A DNA stretch of 64,000 bases from the human T2T-CHM13v2.0 reference genome, Homo sapiens: the NCBI RefSeq assembly GCF_009914755.1, contig NC_060933.1, one strand, 5' to 3'. Shown one piece after another: positions 30,272 through 46,049 of the stretch; within the stretch, counting starts at the first letter, position 1; the number at the start of each line of letters is the position of its first letter. The translations under genes and the position numbers were made by a program. The notes below the pieces were generated by a model, which saw only the letters and a program-made list of their open reading frames with translations, was not told the DNA's origin and made no database searches.

Positions 30272-31017
30272 CATCCTTGTGTTAGGGTTCTCCAAAAAAC
30301 GGAACCACTAGGATCCTGCTTTCCTCTCTCTTTCTCTCTCTCTCCGTGTCTCTCTTGGTGTCTCTCTCTCGGTGTCTCTCTCTCGGTGTCTCTCTCTCTC
30401 TCGGTGTCTCTCTCTCTCTGTCTCTCTCTTTCAGTGTCTCTGTCTGTCTGTGTCTCTGTCTCTCTGTCTGTCTGTCTCTCTGTCTCTGTCTCTCTGTTTC
30501 TCTGTCTCTCTGTCTCTCTCTGTTTCTCTTTCTCTCTGTCTGTCTCTCTCTGTCTCTCTCCGTCTCTCTCTGTCTCTCTCCGTCTCTCTCCCTCCCTCTC
30601 CCTCCCCCTCCCTCCCCTCCCTCCCTCTTTCAGTCTCTCTCTCTCGACCTCTCTCTCTTTCTCTCTCCATCTATATGTATGTCTTATCATCTACAAGCTG
30701 GAAAGCCAATGGTGTACAATCCCGCGTTGAGTCCGAAGGCCTGAGGACTGTAAGTGCTGAGGGCAGGTGAAGGTGGATGTCCAAGTTAAGGCAGTCAGGC
30801 AGGGAGAAGTTGACTCCTCCCTTCCTCTGCCTTTTTGTTCTGTTCAGGCCTCCAACAGATTGGATGCTGCCCACCCCCATTGAGGAGGGCAAACCAGTTT
30901 ACTTAGTCCACTGATTCAAAGGCTGATCTGTTCCAGACATACCCAGAAATAATGTTTAACCAGATAGCTGAACATTTCATGATCCTGTCAAGTTGACTTA
31001 TACAATTAACTATCACA
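30272..31017. mobile_element. MLT2 (ERVL) LTR carrying an expanded (CT/GTCT)n tract at 30320-30670
   Basis: ttagggttctcc..gaaccactagga; cccacccccattgaggagggca; aattaactatcaca terminus. Confidence 0.8.
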
Positions 31018-32370
31018 GCCATTGTATCCATGACCTATATACTAAAAGTTATGGGATGGTTTTTTGTTTCCCTCCTAAGAAGCTGTGGGAGGGCATCATT
31101 GTGGATGTAAACTCGTCACTTGTCCATGGTTTCTGAGCTGGAAATTTGGTTTATTCTTTCAAACTACTTCAGATTCTTGATTTCCAAGAATCCTAGCACC
31201 TAAGCTCTCTTCAAAGCCCCAAGGTGATTGTCACAAACAAAACCCTTCTGTGGCTCATACATAATTGATACTTATAAACCTTTTGGAAAAAAAATCATCC
31301 TCTGTAATGTAATTTCCCATTCTAAAAATAGGCTTGACTTTTGGATTTCTGCTTAATAAAAATATATTTTTCGATTACACTGGAGACAGAGAAAAAAATT
31401 TCCAGTATCAGTTTGAGGCTTGTGAGAAAATGGAGAGAAGACAAGTTTCACTGCTCTTGTTGAAGGCTTTGTATTAAAATTTTGCCACAGTGGCTGAGTT
31501 CTGAGTGTGGTGGGGCTGGGGAGGAAGGAAGAGTGAACACTGTCACCAGTCATTTAAGATGTCATTTATTACTCAGATCTGACCCCAAATGCGAAGGCTG
31601 CAGCAGGGAGATGAAGCTGGCATCGCTGTACACGTTTGTGGTTAAGGAGCGCATCTCTGAAATTCTATGGTTTCTCTGAGTAATCACTGAATCATCTCTT
31701 TATTACAGTGAAACTTCACAGTGCCATTATTTGCTGTGGAGCGAAGCTAGAGAGCATCACTCTGAGGCTTCTTGGGCAGCATTGGAAAGGGCTTAGGTTC
31801 CGAAGAGGTGGTGCCCGTCCCTTTCTAAGGCTCTCTCCCCCAATAGATGGCCCAAGGAACAGTGTTACAGTGCAGGTCATCTCTCAGGAGCACTTGGTGG
31901 GCATTCCTCTTGGTGCTGTGTTTTGTGCTTCCCTTTTGGAAGAGAAGGAGGAAGGAGCCGCCGCAGTGTAGGGCAGCATGTGATTCAGAGTCAATATGGC
32001 TTCCCTTTCCTTCCACACATGCTTTCTTGTCACCAAGTCATCTGGAATGTCCATGGCCAAACATACTACCCACCCCTAGTTGGATTCAGACTTCTGCCTT
32101 TCCCATGCAGGGCAAATCACTTTCCTTCTCTGAGTCTCATTTGCTCATCTTTAAAATGACACCCACAATTCCCACCTTGCTCAGGGCAAAAAGAGCTGGC
32201 ATGTATGAAGTTACATTTTGAACTGCATGGTGTGCTGTATCTTGGAAAGACTTCTGTGCCTTCCCCGATGACACACTGTGCTGTCTTTCGGTAGCCACCC
32301 ACCTCTCTATGCTTTTGTGCTCATGAAGCTCAAAAGCTTCTTCATGATGATTCTATACTGAGCCTTATAA

Positions 32371-32748
<378 letters not shown>

Positions 32749-32934
32749 TGATGAAACCCTAAAAAGTGAAATCAACATTCTCAGAAACCAATAAAATAAG
32801 ACAAATCTTCTGGCTTTGGCAGGGATGTGGGAAACTTACAGGAAAAATTATGGGTTTGCCAATGAAAATCATCTAGACACTGTGGGTTAAGGAATCTGTG
32901 GGACCACCTTGCCCAAATATATGCAGGAATCATT

Positions 32935-33240
32935 TTATTGATTGATTGATTGATTGATTTTTGAGCCTGAGTCTCCTGTCGCCCAGACTGAAGCTCAGTG
33001 ATGTTATCTTGGCTCACTGCAACCTCCACCCTTGGGGTTCAAGTGATTCTACTGCCTCAGCCTCCTGAGTAGCTGGGATTACAGGTGCCTGCCACCACGT
33101 CTGGCTACTTTTTGTATTTTTAGTAGAGACAGGGTTTCACCATGTTGTTCAGGCTGGTCTCAAACTCCTGACCTCAAGAGATCCGCCCGTTCGGCCTCCC
33201 AAACTGCTGGGATTACAGGCGTTAGCCACTGTGCCTGACT
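32935..33240 (-). mobile_element. AluS with an (ATTG)n tail
   Basis: Alu consensus; flanks share aatcatttta. Confidence 0.9.
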
Positions 33241-35525
33241 GGCAGAAATCATTTTAAGGAAAGTAAGCATAATAGTAACATTTGTGACATTAACTATGTG
33301 TAAGACACTGTGCCAAGTGCTTTGCTGTGGAGACAACTATCTAAGATGAAATCCCAGCTCACCGTATGTTAGCTGTGTGACCTTAGATGACTTATGTGGC
33401 TTCTCTGAGCTTCAGTGTCCATGCCTGTAAGTGGCATGGTAATGCCTAATGGCTTTTTGAGGATGCATTGAAACATTGAACTCAAAGTTTTAAGCACAGA
33501 GTAAACACTCAATACCTAATGTTGCTGTTTTGTTGTTATAATTCATGCATTTCTTACAAAATTCAGGACAGTCGTGAATTTTGTGGCAGATAGAGCATTC
33601 TGAGGGCCCTGGGCTTCAGTGCTATTTTGAATTTTTTTTTTCCTCAAGGGGAGAGATAAGTACACTTGAGGTTTAGAGTAAAAGTAAGAGGATTCTTGAG
33701 TTGTAAATTACATAAGTCTGATTTATCAAATATAAAGTGGGAAGTTTCTTTCATTGCAGAACTATAAAGATTTATAGGACTTTTAGAAAGCTGTAATTAC
33801 ACTCTGAGTAAAGGTTTCTTTCCTCTTTATAAAGTACACATATGGGCTATGTAATTTGATGATGGTAAATTAAAATGTAGTTTTCTCTATTCCTACTCCA
33901 AACAGGACCATATAAATGTTGCCTGGCTGGATTTTGACTATCGGACCACTCCCTTTCCATATCTTTTTGGGTCTCTGCTTCCTTAGATGGAGTCCCAGGC
34001 AGGAGTTGAGCAACATAATTGGATCTTTGTTCTCTGACCTCTACTGGGTGCTTGAGGGTTATAGCTAGAGGCCTTAATGGACTAGATGCCTGCACCAGAC
34101 AGCTGCTTCTATGTAACTTGAAAAGCAGCAAGAGCGAGCCCAGGCAGATCTTTTTCCAACACAAGTTTCTGCTAGGTGTTGGCCTTTTTGTTCACTAAAT
34201 AGCTTCAGACTGAAGGGGCAATGTCACCTAGGTGTGTAAATAGGTTCATCTTTGCTAGCATCTGATGGAAGGCCAACCCCTTCAAAATCTTCACTTTGAT
34301 TTCTAGCGAGGAAAGAGCCAGGAGGAGCTTAAGAGCCCATGCAGACTAACTCTCCCTTGCTCCCACTGTATAGATAGGAACACTGAGGTCCCCGAGAAGG
34401 AAACATTTTGCCCACGGTCACAAGTTGAGTCCCTGGTTGAGCTGCGATATGGACCTACGTCTGTTTGATCCCAAACCTGTCTGCACTTGCAGCAAGACTT
34501 CTAATTGTTTCCCAGTTTCCTTTCACCACTTCTCCCTTAATAATAGAACTTGCAATTTGTGGCTGGAAATGTAACTGTCTGGAATAAAGACCATTATTTT
34601 CCAATCTTCTCTGCAGTGGAGGCAGCTGTGAGACTGAGTTCTTGCCAATGACAAATAACTGATAGCATCCTATGTGACTTCTGGAAACATTCTTTTGTCC
34701 TTCCTCCTTCCTGCTAGCTGGAATGTAGAGGTGATTTATTGCCACAATAATGCTTAGTAATAAATACAAAACCTCAGTGGCTTATGGCAATGCCTGTTTC
34801 TTGCTCTTGTGCCCGGGATGGCCGGCCAGTTCTGCTGAAATTGGTTGGGGTTGGTCATACATCAGGGCAGTTGGCTGGCTACTGGATGGTCTATAATGGG
34901 CATGGCTGGGACAACTGGGTGACTTGACCCTGGTTCATGTCTCTCATCTTCCAGCAGGCTGGCTTATGCCCATGGAAGAGGCTACAAGGGATAAATAGGA
35001 ACATGCTAGTAATTTTTCTTGCCTCTGCTTGTGCCATGTTCTCTGATTTTCTGCTGGCTAAAACAAGAAACATGGCTAGGGCCCAGAGACAGAGTAGGAG
35101 GACACCTCACTTTTATATCTATGTCATGGGTGTAGGGTAGAAGGAAAGCTGGGGCCTTAATGGATCCAATCTATTGTTGATGGATGACTGAATGAATGGA
35201 GGGATGGATGGAAAGGCAGCGAAAAAAGGCAGACAGGGGAGGAAGTTCTCTTGACCGTGTCCAATACAGGGGGAAAGTAAGCACTAGAGAGCAGTTTCCC
35301 ATGGCTCTACGGTTCTCTGAGACCCTCCTGGCTTGGAGACTGCGCATGGCACACGGGGGTGCTTGGAGCTTGTGGGGTGTTTATTTCATGACTTGCTTCT
35401 CTGTTGGGGAACCTTTGCTTCTGAGTGAGTCATTGCGAAAGGCTTCTTAAGCTTCACTTTCAGGTTGGGAAGAGTCTATTTTGGAGATGAGAAGCCTTTT
35501 CAGAGGTCCTGAGCTTATAACATGA

Positions 35526-36143
<618 letters not shown>

Positions 36144-36248
36144 ATTTTAACCCAGGCTTCATGGTTCTTTGAGCTTCTGATAATATATTTTTTAAATAAG
36201 ATACAAATTTTAAAGGAGATAAAACTAAGGTTGATAATTGAGTTTTCC

Positions 36249-37026
<778 letters not shown>

Positions 37027-40000
37027 AGGGTCTACATTTTTATCAGTTCTGGAAGAGCCAGGATTTTGCCTTTATTAGGTTTGCCATTTCACCCGGTAGA
37101 AGGTGGAGAACTAAATCCCAGGAGCTTTGGGGGTCCCTTCCTGCTCTGACTTTGGGTGGTTTTGCAAGGTTCACTCCCAGAGAAAGGGAAAGGTCCCATT
37201 ATCACATGGTGGTGTGAATCGGAATAAGACAACAGCAAAAAACAACTCCCACCATCCCCCAACTTTTACTATCTCTGGGGCCTCTTCTGAATCTCTCTGC
37301 AGAGAGAGATCAGGGATGCCCCGAAATTGAGATTGTGGTCGAGGACTGAGACCAAGTTATTCACAACATGGTTATATAATGGATGCTCAGTCATATCAGG
37401 ACTCAGAAGATGTGAAGGGCCCCGCCCTGCAAGCTGTTTGAAGGTCATGATGGCTTCGCAGTGATGGGAAACAAGGCCAGTGTCTCTGTTTGTGGGTTCC
37501 CTGCACCAAGGGTATAATTCACTGGGGCTCTTCCCACCATGGCCTGGCCATGTCTCCACCCACCCACCCACCACCTGACTCCTGGAGAATGGGGGGGAAA
37601 CTTTTATACTTAATTTTTTTTTGTCTTCTCCTCTTTTTCTGTGTTTTCTTCAAATTTGTTATAAGGGGGCAGCTTGGCAGAGGAAATGTGGTAGTGGCCT
37701 GAGGCCTTGGGGCTGAAAGAGCCCGGGGTCTGAAATCATCAGAATTGTCTCCAGATGAATTGAAACTGAGATGGAAAGCAGCATATGACTCATCGTGGGT
37801 AAGAAGCCACAGTCTTTTTTGTATGATTGTAACCCCCGGCCAAGTGAAAGCAGAATGACCCCTGTCTCTTCTTTGGGGTCACACAGCTACTCAGGAGGGT
37901 GAGAGAAAATGATGTCTATGAAGCACCTGCTATGGGATAGGCATTCTATCTAAACCTGTCCCATTTAAACCTGACAATGCACAGTGAGGGAGGTGTGAGT
38001 ACCACCCCTGTTTTGTAGATGTGGCTCAAGGAAGGTAAAGAACACATCTTAGGGGAGAGGTTTCTGGTAGTCACTCTCCCTAGACCAGAGAGAATAAGTA
38101 ATCCCTTGGTACCCTCCATTTTTCAGCCCCTCTGCCTTAAAAAGTGTGTGCTATAGAAGGGGAGGTGTCATGTCCACTCTGCTCTGTGTCTTTAGGAAAA
38201 TCCCCTTTCCTCTCTGGTCTATTTCTGCTTCTGTAAAATAAAGTCTTTGGTATGAGGTCTTTTTGTGCTCAAGGATTCTATATTTCATGCCCACTTCTTA
38301 CTGCTCACTTTCATTTTCCCTAGCTCCAGGATAGGCCATATCACTTCCTGGAAAGTTCTGTCCATTCCCATGCTCCCATGGACAACTGAGAGTGAGGACA
38401 TAAGGTGATTGGGATAAGATCTTGATATTGTAGGAAAAATGGTGAATGACTTTGAAATGGACCGAAAAGATGACTGGGTGTCTTCATCAGAAAACTAGGT
38501 GTTTCTATGGGGCCTCTGGGCCTTTCGTTGCCTTTGAACTGTTTCAGAACTGTAAGTTGTAGATGACTGAGAGTGATGCAAATGGTTCTTGTCCGTAGAT
38601 ATGCAAATACATTTTCTGGTGGTAATACAATTGTCTTACCACATCTCCTGTGGAATAAACCAGTTTTGCATCTTTATTCATTTCAGTATTTCTTGCTTGT
38701 GTATATGTGGTTCTTGGAATTATCCTTGCAACTAGATGTGACGTCCTACTAGTTCTCTCACAAATTAATGAGCTAAATCATTGATATGCAATTCTTTGAT
38801 ATTTCAGTGAGTGTTATGATTATGTGCTCTTCTAGCAATTATCCTTTAATGGTATATAGGTAAGTATAATCCAATTCTATTTGGCATTGTTGGTGGGTAA
38901 AGGATGATGGTGGGGTATGTTAACATAAACCTTCCTATGTATTTCAGCCTGGAGGCTGCTTTTCTGGCCCAAACCGTTTTTCATGACACCCTCCCTCCCG
39001 GCAGGCTTCCTATGGCTTCTGCTTATCCTGTGTGCTACCACTGCTCTGGGATCCCGGGCTTCTCTCTCTGCGTTTCCTGGAGGGGAATCTATTCTCCCCA
39101 GCTCCCTACTTCTAAGCTACCCTAGAAGCTTTGCTAGCCTACTACCTACATCTGTGTTCAGATTTGACTTATCATCATTTGGGGGGAATAAATACCTACC
39201 GTGGGGCAGTGATAAGAGTTCAGCTATGTTGCACGTGTCTGAGGTTACTGACCTGCAGTCATTCCAGGTACTAACGGGTGCCTGTGCCTACTCCATCTTC
39301 ATTTATGAGAGTGGGACTCTCCCAACACCTGGCAAGATGGTGGAATCCTCTACTACTTGGAAACAAAATATGGGCCTAAAGAGCCCAGATTTCCACTGTC
39401 CATGGGATAACACTCAAGTTAATCAATCCCATTTTATTTGCATCACAAAGGACAGTTACAATCAGCTAACATTGGGTTAGGAGAATATCCCAAACCAAAA
39501 GGAAGGGGTAGAACAGAGTCCTCCCTCACTCAGATCCTCTCTTTGACCAAGGTCACAAACTTCTACAACAGCCAATGTTGGGGGAAGCTGGCCATCTAGA
39601 GTCAAAGTGAAGAGTACAGCTAGAGGCGAACATCCAACCAGTGCAGAATGTTAGGTGTCTCTACTTTTCAGAGCAGGTGATGAGACTTGCTGAGGCCTTC
39701 AGTGTTGCCTGGAATGATATTCTCTAGAAATTTCCTCGCTAGTGCTTTACTATTTACACAATCTACTTCCATCCATTCTGAGTTGAGCCTACAATGACTC
39801 CTTGAGCTACGCAGGAAAAACTTGATTATCCTCCACCTTACACATGAGGGATGTGAACTTCAGAGAGAAGTGACTTGCCCAAGGTGGGTGTGGCAGGAAA
39901 AGAACCGGAGCCGGGACATGACAGACCTGGCACATCTCATTCTACTTTTCACTTTGACTCTAGACAGCCAGCTTCCCCCAACTTTGGGTGTTACAGAAGT

Positions 40001-40209
40001 TTGTGACTTTGGTCAAAAAGAGGATCTGAGTGAGAGAAGAGAACTCTGTTCTACCCCTTCCTTTCTGTTTGGGATAGTCTCCTAACTCATTGTTAGCTGA
40101 TAGTAACCATCCTTTGTAATGCAAATAAAATGGGATTGATTGACTTGAATGTTATCTCATGGGCAGTGGAAGCCCTGGGGATCTCCTAAGCTCTCTCTCT
40201 CTCTGGTAG

Positions 40210-41030
40210 TGACACAGGCAGGAGGGCAGGGTCCCTGGTGAGGGCTCCACCCTCAAGCCTGGACCTATGGCCCTAAATGAGAACAAGTATTCCTATTTTT
40301 GTGCCTGAATGTTGCCTTTCCAAGACCAGTCTGGCCCACTCCACCCCTTATCCTATGCCTGTAAGAACCCCAAATCCCAGGCTCCATGAGCAGCAGAGCA
40401 GCAGAGTGGCACAGCAGAGGAGAGAAGAAGCATCTGAACGTGGTGAGGAGTTTGGCTATGGACAGTCAGAAAGGAGTTCATCCTGGGATGGCTGAACTCC
40501 AGGGGAAGATTATCTTCCCATTGCATCCCCTTTCCAGCTCCCTATGCCACTGAAAGCCACCCTGTCACTCAATAAAAACTCCGCATTCATCACCTTTCAA
40601 ACTGTTTGTGTGACCTGATTCTTTCTGAACACTGGACAAGAATTTGGGACCCACTGGGTGTGGGAACCTCAAAAGGCTGTCACACTGGCCCTTTGCCCTT
40701 GTTGGCAGGGGGCAGCTGCTCTATACGATGAGGCAAAAGGGCCACTGAGCTGGTAACATGCCCTCTGGGGCTCAGGGGTTGCAGGCACCCCATCCTGGAT
40801 GGCAGAGCTAAAAGAGAATTGTAATATGCTTTGATGCAGCCATGAGGCCTATACAGGGCCTGCTCCTGCTGGAAAGAATGGCTGGGGGTTCCAGCCTTTT
40901 TTTCTCTGGTTCCTGCACCCATCTGCTCATGTGCTCCCTCCTGTAAGGGATGGAGCATGGTAGCCGAGTAAACAAGCCACCCCCTTCATGAGGGGTCCCA
41001 TGAAGGGGTCAAGGGAATTGTCCCATTTCA
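40210..41030 (+). mobile_element. ERV1 solo LTR, MER50-like
   Basis: TG...CA termini, 4-bp TSD gtag, gagggctccaccctcaagcctggacc..ggccctaaatgagaac motif, internal aataaa. Confidence 0.8.
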
Positions 41031-43201
41031 GTAGGATCTGCTAGAATACATATAACTGCAGGTAAATGTATTGATTTACAGTGATTTAAAAATTAGGCAT
41101 TTATTTCTCTTATATAACATGGAGTCTGAAGACATGTGGCTCAACACTGAGTAGAGATTCTAGGAATGTCTCACTTTAGCTGTCTAATAATAATAAGGTC
41201 ATCACTAGCCACAGGTGGCTATTTAAATTGAGATGAATTAAAATTAAAGAAAAATGGAAAAGAATCCAGTTCCTCCTTCCCACTAGCAACATTACAAGTG
41301 GCCAGTGGCTACTGTGCTGGGTCAGTGCAAATGTAGAACATTTCCATCATGGGGGGAAGTTCTGGTGAGTGTCAGCAAGAAGGCTCCTGCTGGAGGTGTC
41401 GTGTATCTGTTCAAAGAAGAAAGGAAGAAGCTGATGCTGTTAGCCATGTTTGTTCCTTTTTATTAAAAAAGAAACACTATTTTAGAATTCCTACAAGGCT
41501 TCTGTCAGTATCTTATCAACCAGAACCATGTCAAGTGGCCCTTCTGAGCTGCGAGGAAAACTGGGAAAATGAGAATCTTGAATAGGGCTGGAAATTTTGA
41601 GACACTAAAAGAATTGGGGTGTGGATAGCCAGAAGGAAGAGAGAAGGATATTGGGCAGGAGACACTGCACTGGGAGAGGTTTATATTTTCCTGGCCACCT
41701 CTACTCTGAGATGCCCCACTCTGCTGGATTTGTTCAGCACATGGACTATTCCTATAGGTGCTGATCTATTCCACCTCACTTTCCCCAACAAGCTGTCTTC
41801 GATTTCCTCAAAAAACAACAAAAAAAGCAAAATTAAAAATGCTCACCAAAGGTTTTTGTGTGCAGTGTCCTTTATTAGAGGTTCGGGGGACATAAAGGAG
41901 GCTTAGATCATGTTAACAGAAATCCCTTCATGCTAACATCAGACATTCCTGATCTTTACATTCTGTCTGTACCACTCTGTCATGTGGCTGTTTCTCCTCT
42001 CACTCTCTACTTACCTATTATTAGGATCTTCACCCATCAGCCCTCCTGATTTCCCTGTTTTTATTAAGTAATTTAGGCTGATACCACAGATCATGTGGCA
42101 TGGGGCCTCCCTTTGCACGCCCAAAGACTCTTTAAAGCCATGGGCAGTCTTCTTCAATGCCTCCCCACCTCCCACTACTTTCACTGGTGCCAGAGAACCT
42201 GGGAAAGACTCTGAAATGTCAGTCTATTCCTTTCTCTCTCCCTACCAGCTCTGCCAGACAACAGGGCACCACACAGATTTATCTTCCTTCTGATAGAAAC
42301 AACATCATCTTTGAAAGGCAGCAATGACAGCTAGTTTTTATTTTAAATAACATGTTTTTTATCTTCTCACATTTATGAACATTGCACTATGAACATTGAA
42401 AAAGCAGTTAAGCATATTGGTTAAGAACCAGAGGTTGGCAGATTTTTTAAAAAATGAAATACAGTAAAGAAGTCTTAATCCTGGAGGCAGAGTGGCCCAG
42501 GAGTCAGATATGAAAAATGCCTGTCTTAATCACTGGGTGACCTTGGGCAAGCATACTTAACCTCTTTGGATCTTGGTTTTTCCTTCTGTGTGGTGAGAGG
42601 GTTGGGTGAAGCTGGGATCCACCAACCATGGTCTTCAGGCCAAATTCTGCCCCAGGCCTGTTTGTGTATGCTCTTGAGCTAAGAGTGGTTTTTTTTTTTA
42701 AAGGGCATAATGAAAATAGAAGAATATTCAACAGAAACTGGGTGTGACCCACCAAAACTAATATGTTTATAATTTGGCCCTTTAGAGAAAAATTTGGCCC
42801 ATGCCTGGATTAGGTGTTCTCTGAGGGTTTTTCCAACTGTCAAGAGTCTACAAGTCTAGGGCCCTGGTAGCCTAGACAATTCCGGGTGTGCTGGTCAAGT
42901 TCAGGGCCTTATGGGGCTCATGAGAGTGAAAATCATGGGAGCAGTTTCCCACATCTCTGGGGTCTTTCTGTTCCCGTATCTAACGGGAAACCAGAAGGAG
43001 CATGACTAACTAGGGACTCGGGCTGGAAGCTGTGAGATGGTAACTTTATGGTAAACCTGCTGATATTGGTCTGTGGAAAGAGATTTCCCACGGCGGCTGA
43101 GCAGCGGGCGCCCACGTCAGAGTCTGGAAACTGTGGTGCAGAACGTCTGGTTTTCCGGTCACAGAGGGGCCTGCTCATCCGAAGCCGACAGGACAAGTTT
43201 T

Positions 43202-43512
<311 letters not shown>

Positions 43513-44979
43513 CGACAGGACAAGTTTTGTGGGAAGCTGATGGGTGCCTGTCTGTGGTCAGGTGCTGGTGGCTCCGACGGCAGTCAGCTGGGCAGCACTG
43601 GCACCAGGCCCTGGCTCAGATGGGGGTGGGGAAACTGAGTCACATTTGCTCTTCCATAAGAGTACTGAGTCTGGAATTTCACCCTATGTAGGGGGCTTTG
43701 TATGGGATTTGGCACCCTTGGCTTTTGCTCTGTTCCTCTGGTGATTCCGGGGCTTCTCCTTGGGGCCTGTGAGGCCAGCCTTTTACTGCAGGCCTTGGAA
43801 GGCACTGAGTCTTCCCCTCTAGTCATCCCCGGTGTGACCTAGGCCAAGTCACTTCATTTCTCCAACAGTCAAGTGGTGCTAATGAGTCCTATCTATAGAC
43901 ATCTGGTTGGGTTATTGGGAAAGCAAAAGAGGATACTATGTGGAAAATCAGATACAAACAGCAAAGAACAGAAAGCCTCAAAGTTCCAGCTGGAGATTTA
44001 AAAAAAAAAAAAAAAACACCCTACTGTTTATTGAGCACTTAATTAGGAATTAGGCACTAGGCCCTTGGATAAACCTTTTACATAGTTTATTCATGTAACC
44101 CTCACAACAATCCTCTAGATACATGTTGTTATCCCTGTTTTTGGGTGAGGAGACCATTTTAATGCATAAGGTAACTTTTTAAAGGGCAGCATTTGGATTC
44201 AATCGGGCATGGTGTGATCTCTCGGTCTTGTCCACTTTCTAAGACCTGGAAAGATGATGCATGGCTGGAACTGATGTTTTTAGGCCACTATAAGGATTCC
44301 TGCATTTGCTCAGCTGGCTTCCTCATTCCCTTTGTGGGAAAGACCAGTATTGCTTTAGAGGTGCTTTGTGTCTGCTGTCCCATAGAATTTTACCTTGGCT
44401 CCTGACTAGCCACGTGGAGGATTGTTGCTATGAAAGCTCTTAACTGGAGTATTTCTATTGTTTAGTAACACCAGAGAACAGAAAAAAGACAACTGTTCTT
44501 GGGAAGTAAACAGACAAAAAAGATTGTAATCCAAAATGAAATAATAGTAGAAATAACGAAATAGGGTTTAAGATGGGATCCAAATGTTCTGCTTTGGGTA
44601 GATTTTGTGCTATTAGAGGTTTCCAACATAGATGGGGTCTCACTATGTTGATGGGGCTAGTCTCGAACTACTGGCCTTAAGCAATCCTCCCGTATTGGCC
44701 TCCCAAAGTGCTAGGTTTACAGGCATAAGCCACTGCTCCAGGCCCCAAATATTTTGATTTTATCTTACCTCTCCCACTGCTAATTTTCATCTCTTTTCTG
44801 CCTGCATCCTGAGTAACTGTGGAATGAAAGCATTTTAGAATTACTGTTGTCCAGTCACATCTAAATCATAATTTTCCTTTTATGGAGTCATGCTACAGAG
44901 TTTTCTAACCACTATTATTTCTATTGTCTTAGTTGAATATTACAGAAACATTCTGAGGTCTGGATAGTATTAAAATCTA

Positions 44980-45332
<353 letters not shown>

Positions 45333-45753
45333 TTAGAACCACGTAACGACTCCCCAGCAGAGGCTGGATTCCCAAGACTGGCCACACCTAGCTGCCCTTC
45401 TGGGGAGGGCAACCTACCCTGATTTCATGGTATATGATATTAACAGTGGCAACCACCACAAACATTGGCTGACTCTATGTTTAATTGCTTCTTTTTTAAA
45501 CATCATAAAAACCAGCAAAATAGGTATTGATTGTCACTGCTGTCTCACAGATGAGGAAACTAAGACTTACAGGGGTCCACACTTTGCCCAAGTTCACTCA
45601 GCCAGTTGGAGGCAGGATCTGAGCCCAGCTCTGCCTGCTCTGGGACCTACATGCTTGCCCACTGTTTTCTGTCCTGTCACTGGAACCGCCAGGGAAAATT
45701 TAGGTGATGGGGAGGGGAGAGCATAGGGTATCTTGGCTTCTAAATTCATTGGA

Positions 45754-46049
45754 ATTTTTTTTTTTTTTTTTTGAGATGGAGTCTTGCTCTGTCACCAGGC
45801 TGGAGTGCAGTGGCGTGATCTCGGCTCCTGCAATCTCCGCTTCCCGGGTTCAAGCGATTCTCCTGCTCAGCCTCCTAAGTAGCTGGGATTACAGGCACGT
45901 GCCATCACACCCAGCTAATTTTTGTATTTTTAGTGGAGACGGGGTTTTGCCACGTTGACCAGGCTGGTCTCAATCTCCTGACTTTGTGATCTGCCTGCCT
46001 CAGCCTCCCAAAGTGCTGGGATTACAGGCATGAGCCACCACACATGGCC
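45754..46049 (-). mobile_element. AluSc-like
   Basis: Alu consensus; flanks share cattggaatttt. Confidence 0.88.

Noticed and set aside
30250-30770. ER-rich and LS-rich ORFs on both strands
   Set aside because: Artefacts of the (CT)n microsatellite; the same applies to 14758-15157 and 58405-58686
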